From a virus (Duplodnaviria; Caudoviricetes), in IMG/VR virus record IMGVR_UViG_3300031673_000385, positions 1 to 27,310 of that record: 27,310 nucleotides of DNA. One strand, 5' to 3'. The stretch's first letter is position 1, and each line of letters starts with the position of its first letter. Below the pieces are notes generated by a model, which was not told the DNA's origin, searched no databases, and worked only from the letters and a program-made list of their open reading frames with translations. Shown here piece by piece: positions 25,083 through 27,310 of this stretch. Made by a program: the position numbers and the translations under genes.

Positions 25083-25504
25083 TGGCCCAAGCAAAGATTA
25101 CTGTTGACGACGCTGAGCTCAAGCGCATGTTCCGACGGCTAAACCTTAAAGCTCGCAATTCAGAAGCGAGCATCGGGATTGAAAAGGCGTTGGACCGTGG
25201 AGCTCGCCGCGTTCAAGTCAGCTCGACTACGAAGCAAATCATTCGCGGCGGCGGTCGCAACGCGCCTGTCCATCCTACTCAGTTGACTTCTCGGACTGGC
25301 TCATTGCGGCGCAGCATCCGAATCAACAAGACCGCTCGATTCATAAGGGCAATCGGTACCGACTTGATCTACGGCGGCGCGCATGAGGATCCGCAGAGCG
25401 GGCAGCGGCCGCGACCGTTCTTGAAGCCGGCGTTAGCTGAAGAGATCGATGCTATCCGAAACGATCTAGCGCGAGAGATTCAACGCGCGATCGACAGGTC
25501 TTAG
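25082..25504 (+). CDS. HK97 gp10-like neck/tail-completion protein
   Basis: RTGSLRRSI and RPRPFLKPAL motifs; start at ATG 25082 (TGATG). Confidence 0.8.
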   Translation: MAQAKITVDDAELKRMFRRLNLKARNSEASIGIEKALDRGARRVQVSSTTKQIIRGGGRNAPVHPTQLTSRTGSLRRSIRINKTARFIRAIGTDLIYGGAHEDPQSGQRPRPFLKPALAEEIDAIRNDLAREIQRAIDRS

Positions 25505-25507
25505 CCT

Positions 25508-25915
25508 ATGTCCCATCAAGCCGAAGTTTCCGCGCAGCTCATCGTCTATATCGAAGCTGCACTGGGAGCAGGAACTATCGTTGAAGAGCCCGAGTCGATT
25601 GCTCAGCTCGCGCCGGATACTGGTACGCTCTTCGTCGAAGACTATGATCCTGTTGGGCTAGACTATCGGCAAGAGCTTTCGACCTATACCTACATCCTGC
25701 TGTTCAAGCGGCAGACCAGCGTAGACGAAACGCTGGCAGGTCGCGAGCGGATGACCGACGACCTTGAAGCGATTCGCGATGCGATCCGCGTAGACGAAGG
25801 CGATCTTGGTGGAACGGTCTGGGCTGCGCGCGTATCTGATAGCAATGTCCAATCATTGAAAGGCTCAAACGAAATCATCGGCTTGGTTCGCATTGAAGTG
25901 GAGGTCATGTTCTAA
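25508..25915 (+). CDS. Putative tail-completion/terminator protein
   Basis: Size, position and acidic alpha/beta pattern (IRDAIRVD..LGGTV). Confidence 0.55.
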   Translation: MSHQAEVSAQLIVYIEAALGAGTIVEEPESIAQLAPDTGTLFVEDYDPVGLDYRQELSTYTYILLFKRQTSVDETLAGRERMTDDLEAIRDAIRVDEGDLGGTVWAARVSDSNVQSLKGSNEIIGLVRIEVEVMF

Positions 25916-26358
25916 TGCCTACCCCGCTCGGCAATCTACGAACTAACGTCGAAGCTTGGGTGCTGGCTGGGCCTATCGCTGCAACCGCGTTGAGCGCGTC
26001 AGCTGTTGCGGATAACAAAGTCTTGAGCGCTGACTTCAGAGTACCAAGCGGCGAACTCAAGTATTCAGTTGCGGTTGGACTTGCTACGCAGACCGGCGAT
26101 TCAAACGTAAACTATTCATCTGCTGAAGTCCGAATTCGAATCCACTACAACCCGCCGCTCGCGTCAGACGCAACGACTTTCATGGAAGATCATTTGTGGA
26201 CTATCGGCTTGGTGCTGCTCGATCGCGCGCAGTGGCGAGCGAATGTGGCCAACGAGTTCTATGAAGTGACGGGCGGGCCTGAAGCGGCATTCCCTGAAAT
26301 CGAAGGCAACGTAATCACGGTTGAATACGTAGCCATCGTCAGCATTCTGCAAAGCTAA
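25915..26358 (+). CDS. Putative virion neck/tail protein
   Basis: TAATG-coupled; lies immediately before the tail tube gene. Confidence 0.5.
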   Translation: MPTPLGNLRTNVEAWVLAGPIAATALSASAVADNKVLSADFRVPSGELKYSVAVGLATQTGDSNVNYSSAEVRIRIHYNPPLASDATTFMEDHLWTIGLVLLDRAQWRANVANEFYEVTGGPEAAFPEIEGNVITVEYVAIVSILQS

Positions 26359-26369
26359 GGAGATCAGTT

Positions 26370-27310
26370 ATGGCGAAGTTTGCTTTTGACGTTGCGGCCG
26401 CGTTTGCGCCGCAAGTAGCAGAGGGTACGTACAACGCGAATCTGGATGCGATCGTCGCGACGCTTGACGGCGATCCGGATGCGACGGACGACGGCCTACT
26501 GCTCGGCGATTCCGGCAGCGGCGTTGGCGAGAGCGGTCTGAGTCTCAGCATCGGCAGGCGGTCGCGGGACAAGGCTGTGATTGGCGCGTCGTTCACGCGA
26601 TCGCTGTCAGACTTCTTGGCCGCAGAGGTTCGAACCTTTAGCTTCTCCTGGCCTTGGGGCGGAGGGCTGAAGACGACGACGATCACGACTCCGGTTGACG
26701 CAGACTTTCTGCCGCTGACTGGCGTGCACGCGCTGCTCAACGGCGTTGGCTTGCAGGCTGCGGTCTGGGGTTCGGGCGTTGGATACTCGATCGTACCTGA
26801 CAACACGGTCTTCCCGTTCAGCGCGCTGGTCTACTACTTCGGCAATCGTCTTGAGCTGCTCGACTGTCGGTGCAGTTCGCTTGCGATCAAGTACACGCCG
26901 GGAACCATCGCAATCGCGACCGCGGAGATCGTCGTCGGGTCAATCAAGGATCCGTCCTCGAAGGTAATCACTCCAGTCGCGCTACCGACGCTGGACTACG
27001 GCGCGCAGGCAACGCAGTCGATGCCGACCATTGAATCGATTGGCAACGCTTGGAATGCGACTCGCGGTTTCAGTGACTTGACGCTGACCTTCGCGCCGAC
27101 GATTGACGACATCCCCGATTCGAACGCAGTCGACGGTATCGTCAAAGAGCCGAGCGCCATGGAGATCGGCGTTGAGGCTACGCTCTTCGCGGACGACGCC
27201 GGAAGCGGCGAGACCTTCGAGCTCTCTCAAGCGCTCTCGGATGCGATCGGCGACTTGCTGCCGCTGACCTTCACGGTCGGCAGCGCAGCGACGGGCGCGC
27301 AGGAGTTGGC
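26370..27310 (+). CDS. Major tail (tube) protein, truncated by the window end
   Basis: Not in the ORF track. TAAGGAG RBS, ATG 26370 (MAKFAFDVAAAFAPQVAEGTY...), open for 313 codons; acidic, Thr/Ala/Gly-rich, beta-patterned; follows the neck genes with no sheath gene before it. Confidence 0.75.
   Translation, partial: MAKFAFDVAAAFAPQVAEGTYNANLDAIVATLDGDPDATDDGLLLGDSGSGVGESGLSLSIGRRSRDKAVIGASFTRSLSDFLAAEVRTFSFSWPWGGGLKTTTITTPVDADFLPLTGVHALLNGVGLQAAVWGSGVGYSIVPDNTVFPFSALVYYFGNRLELLDCRCSSLAIKYTPGTIAIATAEIVVGSIKDPSSKVITPVALPTLDYGAQATQSMPTIESIGNAWNATRGFSDLTLTFAPTIDDIPDSNAVDGIVKEPSAMEIGVEATLFADDAGSGETFELSQALSDAIGDLLPLTFTVGSAATGAQEL

Larger units (their letters stand above)
1..27310. mobile_element. 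Tailed phage (Caudoviricetes) genome segment
   Basis: Terminase-portal-protease-capsid-connector-tail order on the + strand; phage-type replication and nucleotide genes on the - strand; many ATGA/TGATG gene overlaps; no host housekeeping genes. No integrase or att site in the window, so lifestyle is unknown. Confidence 0.97.

Overview
A segment of a tailed dsDNA phage genome (HK97-fold, probably long non-contractile tail), cut at both ends. The left arm (1-12417, minus strand) holds small early genes, a histone-H1-like basic protein, a recombination set (ERCC4 nuclease, RHH regulator, Cas4-like nuclease, Sak4/AAA_24 ATPase, DUF669-like SSB) and a primase-helicase. These are followed by a tightly coupled nucleotide operon: dNMP kinase, thymidylate-synthase-fold enzyme, DHFR, Zn finger, dCMP-deaminase-family enzyme and family A DNA polymerase. 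The TS-fold enzyme carries Asp (RSADLYFGLPHD) where true thymidylate synthases have the dUMP-specifying Asn. Together with the adjacent DHFR, kinase and deaminase, this points to a 5-methyl-dCMP pathway (modified-cytosine genome and/or a cytosine-based route to thymine). A divergent control region (12420-12816) has GCCGATAAGCT on both strands ahead of each arm's first gene. To the right are an amidoligase + gamma-glutamylcyclotransferase module and about 2.2 kb of mostly non-coding DNA with three different repeat systems. The morphogenesis operon follows: TerS, TerL, portal-MuF fusion, a signal-peptide protein, prohead protease, major capsid, connectors and a truncated tail tube. All calls come from reading motifs by eye; no searches were run.
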